IMG/VR virus record: IMGVR_UViG_3300042448_001551
Span: 1 to 62,735 of that record
Origin: a virus
Lineage: Duplodnaviria; Caudoviricetes
DNA length: 62,735 nucleotides
Direction: 5' to 3' (one strand)
The notes beneath the pieces are model-generated. The model did not search any database. It saw only the letters and a program-made list of their open reading frames with translations, and was not told the origin of the DNA. Positions 27,620-35,496 of the stretch are shown piece after piece; position 1 is the first letter of the stretch; the number at the start of each line of letters is the position of its first letter. The position numbers were made by a program, and so were the translations under genes.

Positions 27620-28291
27620 TTATTCTTCATCAGAATTTAAAAGAATGTTGTTAAGCATAGAATCAACTTCTTTAGTTGATTCTTTTACATAATCTAATAA
27701 CTCTTGATCTTTATAATTTTCAGCTAAAATCTTTAAATAATCTGTAAAATTATGTTTTGATTTAATTATAAAATCAACACGTTTTAATAAAGTGAATGGA
27801 TCTAATTTATTAATAGGAAGTTCATTTTTATTAGATAAATTAAATAAAGAATCATCATCGTCATCATCGTCATCAGATTTTCTAGTAATTTCTAAATGAT
27901 CTCCAAACTTTTCTTTAAGTTCACCAAGCATCTTTAACATATTAATAGCAGTTTTTTCTTCTTCACTCATTTCATCATTAATCTGAGCAAGATGAGCGTT
28001 TATAGTTTGTAAAGAAAGCTTATGAAAATTATTAAACATTAATAGAGTGTAAGCATATTCTTCTTCAGAATTTACTAACTTCATACATCTTTCAAGATCT
28101 CCAGTTGCTGTTCTCATTTCTCTTGGAGCATCTTTTTTATTTTCACCATAAAGATTATTTAAAACAAGAGCATTAACCATAGTAACAAAAAATATTCTTT
28201 CTCTTGATACCATAATTAATACATCTTTTATACCTAATGCTCTGTTAAACATTGCTTCTTCATGTTTATAACAGTTTGTTTTTAAATACAT
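27620..28291 (-). CDS. Hypothetical protein
   Basis: 223 aa with a poly-Asp tract. Confidence 0.7.
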   Translation of the reverse strand: MYLKTNCYKHEEAMFNRALGIKDVLIMVSRERIFFVTMVNALVLNNLYGENKKDAPREMRTATGDLERCMKLVNSEEEYAYTLLMFNNFHKLSLQTINAHLAQINDEMSEEEKTAINMLKMLGELKEKFGDHLEITRKSDDDDDDDDSLFNLSNKNELPINKLDPFTLLKRVDFIIKSKHNFTDYLKILAENYKDQELLDYVKESTKEVDSMLNNILLNSDEE

Positions 28292-28374
28292 AATATTTAA
28301 TTTAAAAAGATTAAAAAATGCGTAAAGGGGAGTATAGAAATACTCCCCTACGACTTTAAATTATGAAAACAAAT

Positions 28375-28767
28375 TTATAACGTCTTAGTTATTTCAGACG
28401 CAATACGTTTAACAAATTGATCTGCTGTTTCTCCATCATTAGATGTAAACCCTTCTATAATAATTTTATTATATACAGATTCATATGTTGGAATAACACC
28501 AGTGTGACTAATGTTTACTGAACAAGTTGAATAATGAAAGTCAACAAATGTTTTAGGATACTTATCTCTTAAAATATTTATTTTGTTACTTATTTCACCT
28601 TTTAGTTTAGCTTGTTGTTGAGCTAATTTCTCTAATTCTTTATAAACTTTATCTTTTTTATAAGCTGCATCTTTTTTTGCTCTAATGTCTGTAGCTTGTA
28701 ATTTAATGTTAGTTAAGACTTCTGTTGCTAAAGCTTTTGCAATTGTAGGCGTAATTTTTGTGGCCAT
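28375..28767 (-). CDS. Hypothetical protein
   Basis: 130 aa, followed by a hairpin at 28326-28350. Confidence 0.7.
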   Translation of the reverse strand: MATKITPTIAKALATEVLTNIKLQATDIRAKKDAAYKKDKVYKELEKLAQQQAKLKGEISNKINILRDKYPKTFVDFHYSTCSVNISHTGVIPTYESVYNKIIIEGFTSNDGETADQFVKRIASEITKTL

Positions 28768-29030
28768 GATAATACGTTTTTTTGATTGTTATTTCTTTTT
28801 GATTTAAACAAAAAATTGTTTTTACATTCTTGAATGTCAATGTATTTAATATTATTACCAACTTGTACTTCTATTATTGTAGAACCTACATTAGTAAATC
28901 CACTAACATTAAATTTTTTAAACCACTCTTCTAGGCTTAATTCTCTTTCAGTTTTAGTCATCAGAATTGTTTTTTTGGTCTCTAAAATTTTTAAATCTTT
29001 TAATAACTTCTTCTGGTCCACCTTTAGCAA
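28728..29030 (-). CDS. Hypothetical protein (true start probably internal, MTKTERE)
   Basis: Co-oriented ORF overlapping both neighbours. Confidence 0.45.
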   Translation of the reverse strand: MLKVDQKKLLKDLKILETKKTILMTKTERELSLEEWFKKFNVSGFTNVGSTIIEVQVGNNIKYIDIQECKNNFLFKSKRNNNQKNVLSWPQKLRLQLQKL

Positions 29031-29193
29031 TTGCTATTTCCTTAGAAAGCAACATTGAACAAAACATAGACAGTTCTTTTGTAGCTCCTATGTTTTCAGG
29101 ATTTTCTATAACTTTTTCAGCTGCTTCTTTAATTTTTTTAGCCAATTCTTCAACGGGCATACTAGCAGCTAGCATGATGATTAACTCCTCCAT
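28954..29193 (-). CDS. Hypothetical protein
   Basis: 79 aa with an A-rich leader. Confidence 0.6.
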   Translation of the reverse strand: MEELIIMLAASMPVEELAKKIKEAAEKVIENPENIGATKELSMFCSMLLSKEIAIAKGGPEEVIKRFKNFRDQKNNSDD

Positions 29194-29336
29194 AATTGTT
29201 TTTTTTTTAAAAGGTTGAATAAGATTTTTTCTTTACTACATATCTGCATCCAGTTTTAGGTGCAGAACAAGATGTTATGCTAAATATAGCCCAAGCTAAT
29301 AAAGCTGTATATAAAGCTAAAATGATTAGTGATTCT

Positions 29337-29624
29337 TTATTTTTCTTCATTTACTAGTTTTTTAATAGATAATCTTTTTGGAAAGTTTTCATCTTTAGCA
29401 ATTCTAAATATTTCTCTTTCAGAAATACCAGTTATTTTAGATATTTTAGTGATAGATTTAAACTTAATTATATCCATCCAACATTTTTTTATAATGCCCA
29501 CTTTCATATCTTGGATATTTAAATTGTCATTTTCATTGTAAATGATTGTTGGAAACTTTTCACATAAATTAACATAATTAGTATTTCTTTTTCCCATGTT
29601 TAATCTTTTATTAATGAATAACAT
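29337..29624 (-). CDS. Hypothetical protein with a C-terminal HTH-like segment
   Basis: SITKISKITGISEREIFRIAK. Confidence 0.5.
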   Translation of the reverse strand: MLFINKRLNMGKRNTNYVNLCEKFPTIIYNENDNLNIQDMKVGIIKKCWMDIIKFKSITKISKITGISEREIFRIAKDENFPKRLSIKKLVNEEK

Positions 29625-29737
29625 TCTAGTGCATGCTCATAATTAATAGCCCAAATTCTAAATCCGTCTATAATCCACATGCATTTACCTGATTTAAGAT
29701 TTATTTCATCAGGTGGTGGATTTAATTGATTTTCCAT
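29600..29737 (-). CDS. Small hypothetical protein (45 aa)
   Basis: Manual translation MENQLNPPPDEINLKSGKCMWIIDGFRIWAINYEHALECYSLIKD. Confidence 0.5.
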   Translation of the reverse strand: MENQLNPPPDEINLKSGKCMWIIDGFRIWAINYEHALECYSLIKD

Positions 29738-29907
29738 TATCTTTTACGTTTAAGTCTAAAATAAGTGGACCAAAATTTTTCTACATAATAATGAACTAAT
29801 TCTTTCGGGTGTTTAAAATCCCAATTCCATAATGCTTCACATAAAAGTATGAAATAAGCTGGAATAAAAGTTATTGTTAATATTAAGAATTTTAATATGT
29901 ATTTCAT
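29737..29907 (-). CDS. Small membrane protein (56 aa)
   Basis: Manual translation MKYILKFLILTITFIPAYFILLCEALWNWDFK... Confidence 0.45.
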   Translation of the reverse strand: MKYILKFLILTITFIPAYFILLCEALWNWDFKHPKELVHYYVEKFWSTYFRLKRKR

Positions 29908-30217
29908 TGTTTAATGAATTTTAATGGTGATAAAATAGAGTCCCCACGTAGAAACGCAGGGACTTGTCATAAAAATAATACAAACAGTTTTTGACATGTT
30001 TAGGTCAATAATATATGGTTAATGTTTCTTTATTAACGTGGTAACAAATGCCCACGGAGTATCCACTTGTCTAGAACTTAGTAAGAAGTCCTCAATCTTC
30101 TTTGATTTATAATCTAGAATATTAACAAAAAAAATATGTAGAAAATTCTACATATTAAGATCACACGTCTTTCATCTAATATTAGATCCCTTCGTTAACT
30201 TCCTGTGTGATAAGATT

Positions 30218-30595
30218 TTAAATTAAATTAAATTTGGTTAGTTTATCTCTACTTTCTTCTTTATTTATGTTCATCAAGTAATTCTGGACATTAGTAATGA
30301 TTTTTTTATTATAAACACTATTTAAAAATCCTAATGTTATAGGTTTAGTGACAACATTACTTTTATCTATATTATTATTTTTAAAATCACTAATGGCAGA
30401 TAGTATTTGATTTTTATATCCAGAGTTTCCATTAATAAGATTTATTGTTTTATTAGTTAAAAAACCATTAACAACAATTCTTAATTGATGAACTTTAAGT
30501 CCTTTTTTAAATGTTATAATATACTCATCATAACCATCATGGACAAAAGAATCATTAATTTTTTCATATTTAGCAATTTTAAAATTTATTTGCAT
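30218..30595 (-). CDS. Hypothetical protein
   Basis: 125-aa ORF. Confidence 0.65.
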   Translation of the reverse strand: MQINFKIAKYEKINDSFVHDGYDEYIITFKKGLKVHQLRIVVNGFLTNKTINLINGNSGYKNQILSAISDFKNNNIDKSNVVTKPITLGFLNSVYNKKIITNVQNYLMNINKEESRDKLTKFNLI

Positions 30596-30736
30596 ATATA
30601 ATTATTTTTTTAAATATAAAAATGTAACTTTTAAATTACCCCCAGAGTTACCAACTGTGTCAACATACGATTTGAAACTCAAAACAGATCTTACGGTATG
30701 TAATAGTTGTCTTCGATCCTTACACTTAGGCTATTG

Positions 30737-30840
30737 TAGTCAGGACAGGAATGACCCTGTTTAGGTGTTTTAACATTAAACTAGTATTACATTGGAATTG
30801 ACCAATATCTCCTAATGACTTTTTGTTCGTCACCTGACTA
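30737..30840 (-). ncRNA. tRNA-like element A (TAGTCAGG...CCTGACTA)
   Basis: 8-bp acceptor-like stem, TGAC/GTCA D-like arm, expanded TTAGG/CCTAA middle arm and ACAGG GTCATT CCTGT T-like arm. Confidence 0.55.
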
Positions 30841-30846
30841 TAAAAT

Positions 30847-30925
30847 GAGGGTGAGAAACCCTCTGTGTTGTGGGACTACCTATCCCATAGTTCATTACAG
30901 ATTCCTTTCTCAAGGGAACAACACA
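30847..30925 (-). ncRNA. Three-way-junction RNA motif, copy A
   Basis: TGTGTTGT/ACAACACA closing stem, TCCCTT GAGA AAGGA hairpin, TGGGA/TCCCA hairpin, then a GAGGGT/ACCCTC hairpin. Confidence 0.6.
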
Positions 30926-30931
30926 CATTTT

Positions 30932-31216
30932 TTAACTATCAAATACCACCATCATTCTTTCAATCCACGGATGAGCTTCAAAGAATGCTGTAACCCATTT
31001 GACTTGTTCTTCATTATATTCTTCAGGACGGTCTATTAAATCTTGTTTAACCCAATATACTTTGTTCCCATCGTAAGATACAATATTATTATCTCTAACA
31101 AAATCACAACATTTATTCCAACTCAAACCCATAGATGCATTTTCTGAAATAAATCTAATTAAATAAGCATCATCGACATAATGTATTTGTTCTTTTTCAA
31201 ATAAAACTGGTTTCAT
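30932..31216 (-). CDS. Hypothetical protein
   Basis: 94-aa ORF between the two RNA modules. Confidence 0.65.
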   Translation of the reverse strand: MKPVLFEKEQIHYVDDAYLIRFISENASMGLSWNKCCDFVRDNNIVSYDGNKVYWVKQDLIDRPEEYNEEQVKWVTAFFEAHPWIERMMVVFDS

Positions 31217-31231
31217 ATTATTTAATTTTAG

Positions 31232-31299
31232 TAGTCAGGACAGATTATGATTCTGTAACTTAGCCTATCGACTCTGCTTTACTTTAAGCTACCTGACTA
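31232..31299 (-). ncRNA. tRNA-like element B (TAGTCAGG...CCTGACTA)
   Basis: TAGTCAGG-TA-GCTT AAAGTA AAGC-AG-AGTC GATA GGCT-AAGTT-ACAGA ATCATAA TCTGT-CCTGACTA, with a 4-nt anticodon-position loop. Confidence 0.6.
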
Positions 31300-31410
31300 T
31301 ATTAAGTTGTAAGTAAACCACTTAGGGACTATCATTAATGCTCTTTACCTTCTTAACTTCTTTATCATTAATGAACCCTTTACCGTTCAGTACTATTAGT
31401 ACCAACTTGA

Positions 31411-31498
31411 TGAGGATAGAAATTCCTTCATGCGTTGTAGAGAACGTTATTTATTACTCTCTTATCCTAGTTTATTCCTTTTCAAAGGGAACAACGCA
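31411..31498 (-). ncRNA. Three-way-junction RNA motif, copy B
   Basis: TGCGTTGT/ACAACGCA closing stem, TCCCTTTGAAAAGGA hairpin, AGAGAG/TTCTCT arm, then a TGAAGGA/TCCTCA hairpin. Confidence 0.6.
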
Positions 31499-31657
31499 AT
31501 TTTGCTCCTTATTCTCTTACCCCTTTATATCAGAGCTATCCTGCTTATCTAAGGAATTAACCTATAATACGAGTTTCTCAGGGATACAGGAAATAAAAAC
31601 AACTAATGATTTTTTTACTTTTCAGTATTAACCATTAGTTGTTTAAACTTTTTTTAT

Positions 31658-32083
31658 TTAAACAGTATAATACTGCTTAATAGTAACAACTTTTAAATTG
31701 TCTACCATTTTTGTAGAAACTTGTTCTTCAAAAATCATATTTCCAACTTTTTTAGTAGCAATATTCTTTTTGTTAACAAACTCCACATTCTTACTTTTAA
31801 CCATAAATTGGTCTTGCATAGTTTCTCTAAGACCATTTTTTCTATACCAAGCACTTTTAACAGCTTTAATATGCATTCCCATTTGTTTTGCTATTTTTTC
31901 AAAAGCAGTTTCCAAGTTTTGTGGAGACTTTTTAAGTTCTTTAGCAAATAAATCAATGGTTTTTTGACTGTGCCAGCTAGTGTTTCTTTTCATTTTTGTG
32001 ATTTTTGGTTTAAAAAAAAGTTTATAATTGAGGGAGAGCCCATTCAAGAAGTTCTTTTTGTTCATCTTCATACCAACTATCAT
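31658..32083 (-). CDS. Basic hypothetical protein with an HTH-like segment (true start probably MKRNTSW)
   Basis: AFEKIAKQMGMHIKAVKSAWYR. Confidence 0.6.
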   Translation of the reverse strand: MIVGMKMNKKNFLNGLSLNYKLFFKPKITKMKRNTSWHSQKTIDLFAKELKKSPQNLETAFEKIAKQMGMHIKAVKSAWYRKNGLRETMQDQFMVKSKNVEFVNKKNIATKKVGNMIFEEQVSTKMVDNLKVVTIKQYYTV

Positions 32084-32387
32084 TCACCTTAGATAAATTA
32101 TCAAGTTGATTTTGAACGTCAAATTTTTCTTGTATAACTTGCAAATAACTTTGACCAAAGTTAGCAAGTCTTTTTTGCAAATCTTCAGAATTTATATCTT
32201 CAGAATAAAAAGCATCAAATTCTGATTGAAATGCATCACAAACACTACAAGAACCATAAGAACCAGTTACTAGTCCTTTTTTATTATTATACTCCACTAT
32301 ACACCCCCAAGTTCCTTGGTAACTTCCTGCATAATGTGTATTTAACACTTTAGCTCCTGCTGCTGCTAACGCTGATTCATAACCCAT
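32022..32387 (-). CDS. Hypothetical protein
   Basis: GSYQG and YGSCSVCD motifs. Confidence 0.7.
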   Translation of the reverse strand: MGYESALAAAGAKVLNTHYAGSYQGTWGCIVEYNNKKGLVTGSYGSCSVCDAFQSEFDAFYSEDINSEDLQKRLANFGQSYLQVIQEKFDVQNQLDNLSKVNDSWYEDEQKELLEWALPQL

Positions 32388-32459
32388 ATATAAATAAATT
32401 TAGTAATGATAAAATAAATGGGAACCAGAGCCTTTCAGCCCCAGTTCACCATAATAATT

Positions 32460-32666
32460 TTAGCTTAGTTTTTCATCAAGATCTGATAAAATAACTATTC
32501 CTGGTACCCAGCCAAAAACAACTGTTACCATAAGTACTCCTCCAGATGTACAAGCTTCTTTAAAGCTTATATCTAAATTTGTAAATAAATAATTTAATAG
32601 CCCTAAAAATAACCAGGTTAATAAAATACTTGCTATAAAAGCTAGCATCATAATTGTGTTTTTCAT
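32460..32666 (-). CDS. Small two-TM membrane protein
   Basis: Likely start MKNTIMM; hydrophobic. Confidence 0.6.
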   Translation of the reverse strand: MKNTIMMLAFIASILLTWLFLGLLNYLFTNLDISFKEACTSGGVLMVTVVFGWVPGIVILSDLDEKLS

Positions 32667-32691
32667 ATAATAGATTTTAATGATGACAAAA

Positions 32692-32757
32692 TAAAAAAGC
32701 TGTAACAAGAGGTTTTACTAAGAGACATTGTCCTACTTAGTTACATTGTTACAGCTG
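32692..32757 (-). terminator. Terminator or processing hairpin at the 3' end of the candidate large ncRNA
   Basis: agctgtaaca/tgttacagct 10-bp stem followed by a U-run on the minus strand. Confidence 0.55.
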
Positions 32758-32759
32758 GA

Positions 32760-33700
32760 TTTCTCAATCTTTGATTAATAGAATAAGTAATCAAGGATGA
32801 CCTTATTTCTAAAATGTCCCCTAAACAACAACATAGCTTGATTTAATGTTGTATAGGAAAATAATACAATATGTATTATTCCTTTATCAAAGATTGGGGT
32901 GTGTTCCTCATGCACTCAGTTGTAATATTACTACCGTGGAGATCAACCCACCCAACTCTATAGTTATATCATATTAATATAACTCCTATCCTCGTATTAT
33001 TACAAACTGTCTCATTCTTAGATTGATTAACTTTAATTACAGGCAATATTACCTTCCCCTACATAGCACCCACTCTATTGTGAGATTTATATGCAGATTC
33101 GTTTGTTAATCAGATCTTTTTACATCTTGGGAGCTGATTAAAACCTTACTACATCTAACTATATAGCAAGTTTATACATTCTTTACAGCTGGCATTTAAG
33201 GAGAATAGTTAGTTCTTAGCCAATACTGTGGTGTTGTATTATTAATCAGATGTCCCAAGAAAGAATGAATAGTGCATAAAGGAATAAGTTTTGTTTTAAG
33301 GACTCAAGGGTCGGTCAACCCTTGATTTATATTTTATAAAAATCTCATTGGAACTACACACGACCTGAATGTATAGCTAATGTCTCCACATCACCCCAAT
33401 AAGATCGACTCTATACTAACTTTTAGTATATCATCTGTTATCTGGTCCACCACAAACCAGGGAGAGAAATAGACGTGTGGTTTTTACGTCTACGAAACGG
33501 TTGTACCATTACTGGTCGTTTAACTGTTACCTCTAAGCTTAACCGTAAATTTAGAGATTCAGTGCTTGATTTTATAGTCTGCACTAACTTAGCATTACAT
33601 AGAAAGGAATGTTTATCTATGTTTAATACTCTCACCCTTATATGAGAGAACACTATAGTAGCCCCACAAGCTTGTCACAGTTTATTAATCCGTAAAGAAG
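32760..33700 (-). ncRNA. Candidate large structured non-coding RNA (about 950 nt)
   Basis: No credible ORF in an otherwise gene-dense genome, many local hairpins and several long-range helices (see findings). The strand is inferred from the flanking genes and the terminator. Confidence 0.55.
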
Positions 33701-33713
33701 AAAGAGAGCCTTT

Positions 33714-33872
33714 TTACAGACTCTCTATTTTTTCTGTTGTAGTTATAATAATTTTGCTTACATACATAACATTGCATATAAGCTTATCATCCCCATATAA
33801 CTGCTCATCTTTTATCTCTATTTTTCTGTAAATAGAAGGAATTTCAGCAATTATAACAATAAATACAGACAT
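33714..33872 (-). CDS. Small hypothetical protein (52 aa)
   Basis: Manual translation MSVFIVIIAEIPSIYRKIEIKDEQLYGDDK... Confidence 0.4.
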   Translation of the reverse strand: MSVFIVIIAEIPSIYRKIEIKDEQLYGDDKLICNVMYVSKIIITTTEKIESL

Positions 33873-33908
33873 ATATTAGGTTTTTGGTTATAAAAAGAAA
33901 GAGCCCTG

Positions 33909-34196
33909 TTACAGGCCCTTTAATTTTTTATAAATTTTCTCAGCTCTTTCCCAATTAGATGATATAAACTCTGGTATTCTGGTTCTTTCTGGATAACGGT
34001 CATCTCCACCATAACAATGGTAACCTTTTAGAATAACTGCATAAGTAACAGTTAAAGGTTTACCATCTTCCCAGTTTTTAATAAGTATAAACTTATCACT
34101 CAGTTCAAAGCTTTCATCTTGGTTAGATTCTGCCATCATACATAAATGACCACAAATTTCATTTGCAATCATTTCTTTAGTAATTTCTATTGTCAT
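33909..34196 (-). CDS. Hypothetical protein
   Basis: Likely start MTIEITKE. Confidence 0.6.
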   Translation of the reverse strand: MTIEITKEMIANEICGHLCMMAESNQDESFELSDKFILIKNWEDGKPLTVTYAVILKGYHCYGGDDRYPERTRIPEFISSNWERAEKIYKKLKGL

Positions 34197-34317
34197 AACA
34201 ATAAAACATTTGGTGACCTCTATAGACAGTGCCGTCTTGTACACCACGTTGGGCTTAAAGAGCATTTCTGCACACCGTTATCTGTCTATAGAACGCACAA
34301 GGCCTAACACCACCTTG

Positions 34318-34539
34318 CTAAAATGGGAGAGTTCCTCCATAAGCTTTATGAACATTAGTTTTTGGTTGTTGACCAAAATAATGATCTTGAAACTCATCCA
34401 CTGAAGAATACTCTCTAAGACCATACTCTTGTACTAACATATGTAATTCTTGAGGAAAAACAGATATGTAATTTTCAAGAGCTCCTGCATAAGGTGGAGC
34501 AATAATAAGTTGGTCTCCTATAAATCCTAATATTTCCAT
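34318..34539 (-). CDS. Hypothetical protein
   Basis: 73 aa, ending in LPF. Confidence 0.6.
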   Translation of the reverse strand: MEILGFIGDQLIIAPPYAGALENYISVFPQELHMLVQEYGLREYSSVDEFQDHYFGQQPKTNVHKAYGGTLPF

Positions 34540-34695
34540 ATAAAGTTTTTAACAATTAAATAATATATAGCTATCTCATCCGCAAACTTGAATCCATTTT
34601 AGAGAGGTTTTTTAAACTAAAAGATAACGTGGAAGTGGTTCTATCACTCTCACCACACTGCGTAACTCCCACGTTATCAATCAGTTATGAAGGGA

Positions 34696-34842
34696 TTAGT
34701 AAGTAATCACCACCATAACTCTTCTCTCACTTGTGTTCCACTTAATGAATGCACAAGCAAGTTGTCTGAACTTAGTCTTCATGGATGTATACCATGTTCT
34801 GAACAGCTCAAACGTTCTAAATGAAAGTCTTCTAGATTTCAT
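34696..34842 (-). CDS. Small basic hypothetical protein (48 aa)
   Basis: Manual translation MKSRRLSFRTFELFRTWYTSMKTKFRQLACAFIKWNTSERRVMVVITY, flanked by hairpins. Confidence 0.45.
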   Translation of the reverse strand: MKSRRLSFRTFELFRTWYTSMKTKFRQLACAFIKWNTSERRVMVVITY

Positions 34843-34948
34843 GTTAGATTGTTTTAAGGGTTAGTAAATAAGAAAGCACAAGCAAGTTATTGTTATGGAT
34901 TATTATAACTTATAAGATGCTTGTACCTTCCTTTAAAAAAACAGAGGA

Positions 34949-35221
34949 TTATTCCTCTGTTAAACCGTTTGCGTCTATAGAGCCAAATAGCTCCACAGCA
35001 CCGTTTACAAACCAGTATGAACCTTTAAGGTGTTCATAGCTTTTACCCTTTTTATCTTCACCACCCTGATGTTGGGTAATGAATACTTCTTTTTTCCAGT
35101 CTATCTTCTCAGCTACGAAGATAGTACCTACTGGAGTAGAAGCAAATGCTCTACCTTTACCTTTTAAAAGGTCGATTTTCTGTAGTCCACAGACTTCCAG
35201 AAATTGTCTTAGTGTCATCAT
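34949..35221 (-). CDS. Hypothetical protein, first gene of the leftward arm
   Basis: 90-aa ORF next to the strand switch. Confidence 0.7.
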   Translation of the reverse strand: MMTLRQFLEVCGLQKIDLLKGKGRAFASTPVGTIFVAEKIDWKKEVFITQHQGGEDKKGKSYEHLKGSYWFVNGAVELFGSIDANGLTEE

Positions 35222-35321
35222 ATAGTTTAGATTTTAAGTACGGGTACCAAATGCCCTATGAGTAAGGAGGGGAGCTTTAAGTAGTAGGTCCCAACACACT
35301 ACTATATAGAATAGTTTTACC

Positions 35322-35446
35322 ACGGGGGGTCTTTTGTACAGAAAGCTTACGGGGGGTGTTTAAACTTCTAGAGGTAGCACCAGTGACCCCCTAACATAGT
35401 AATAAGTTAATATTAATAGTATTATATAGGGGTCACCAGTGATCCC
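35322..35446. repeat. GC-rich direct and inverted repeats at the strand switch (candidate origin, terminus or control region)
   Basis: ACGGGGGGT at 35322 and 35349; CACCAGTGAYCCC at 35378 and 35434; GTGACCCC/GGGGTCAC inverted pair around an AT-rich core. Confidence 0.55.
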
Positions 35447-35461
35447 ACGAGAGAATTAAAG

Positions 35462-35492
35462 TTTGGCTGTATAAAAAATAGTTTTACATTTG
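35462..35492 (+). promoter_or_regulatory. Bacteroidota primary-sigma promoter
   Basis: TTTG (35462-35465), a 19-nt spacer and TACATTTG (35485-35492) match the -33/-7 consensus. Confidence 0.75.
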
Positions 35493-35496
35493 ATTT

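Noticed and set aside
30133-30156. Perfect inverted repeat aatatgtagaa/ttctacatatt as an operator
   Set aside because: It is flanked by an A-run that reads as a U-tail on the minus strand downstream of a gene, so an ordinary intrinsic terminator explains it.
30847-31498. Hammerhead ribozyme identity for the three-way-junction motif
   Set aside because: The required CUGAnGA and GAAA core segments are not present at the junction in either copy. The element is kept as an unassigned motif.
33438-33653. 71-aa ORF inside the candidate large ncRNA
   Set aside because: It has a non-ATG start, no A-rich leader and atypical composition, and it overlaps several hairpins, so it is probably spurious.
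32760-33700. Group I or group II intron
   Set aside because: It does not interrupt a recognisable gene, and I could not identify the group I P7 core or the group II GUGCG start and domain V by eye. A covariance search is still needed to exclude this formally.
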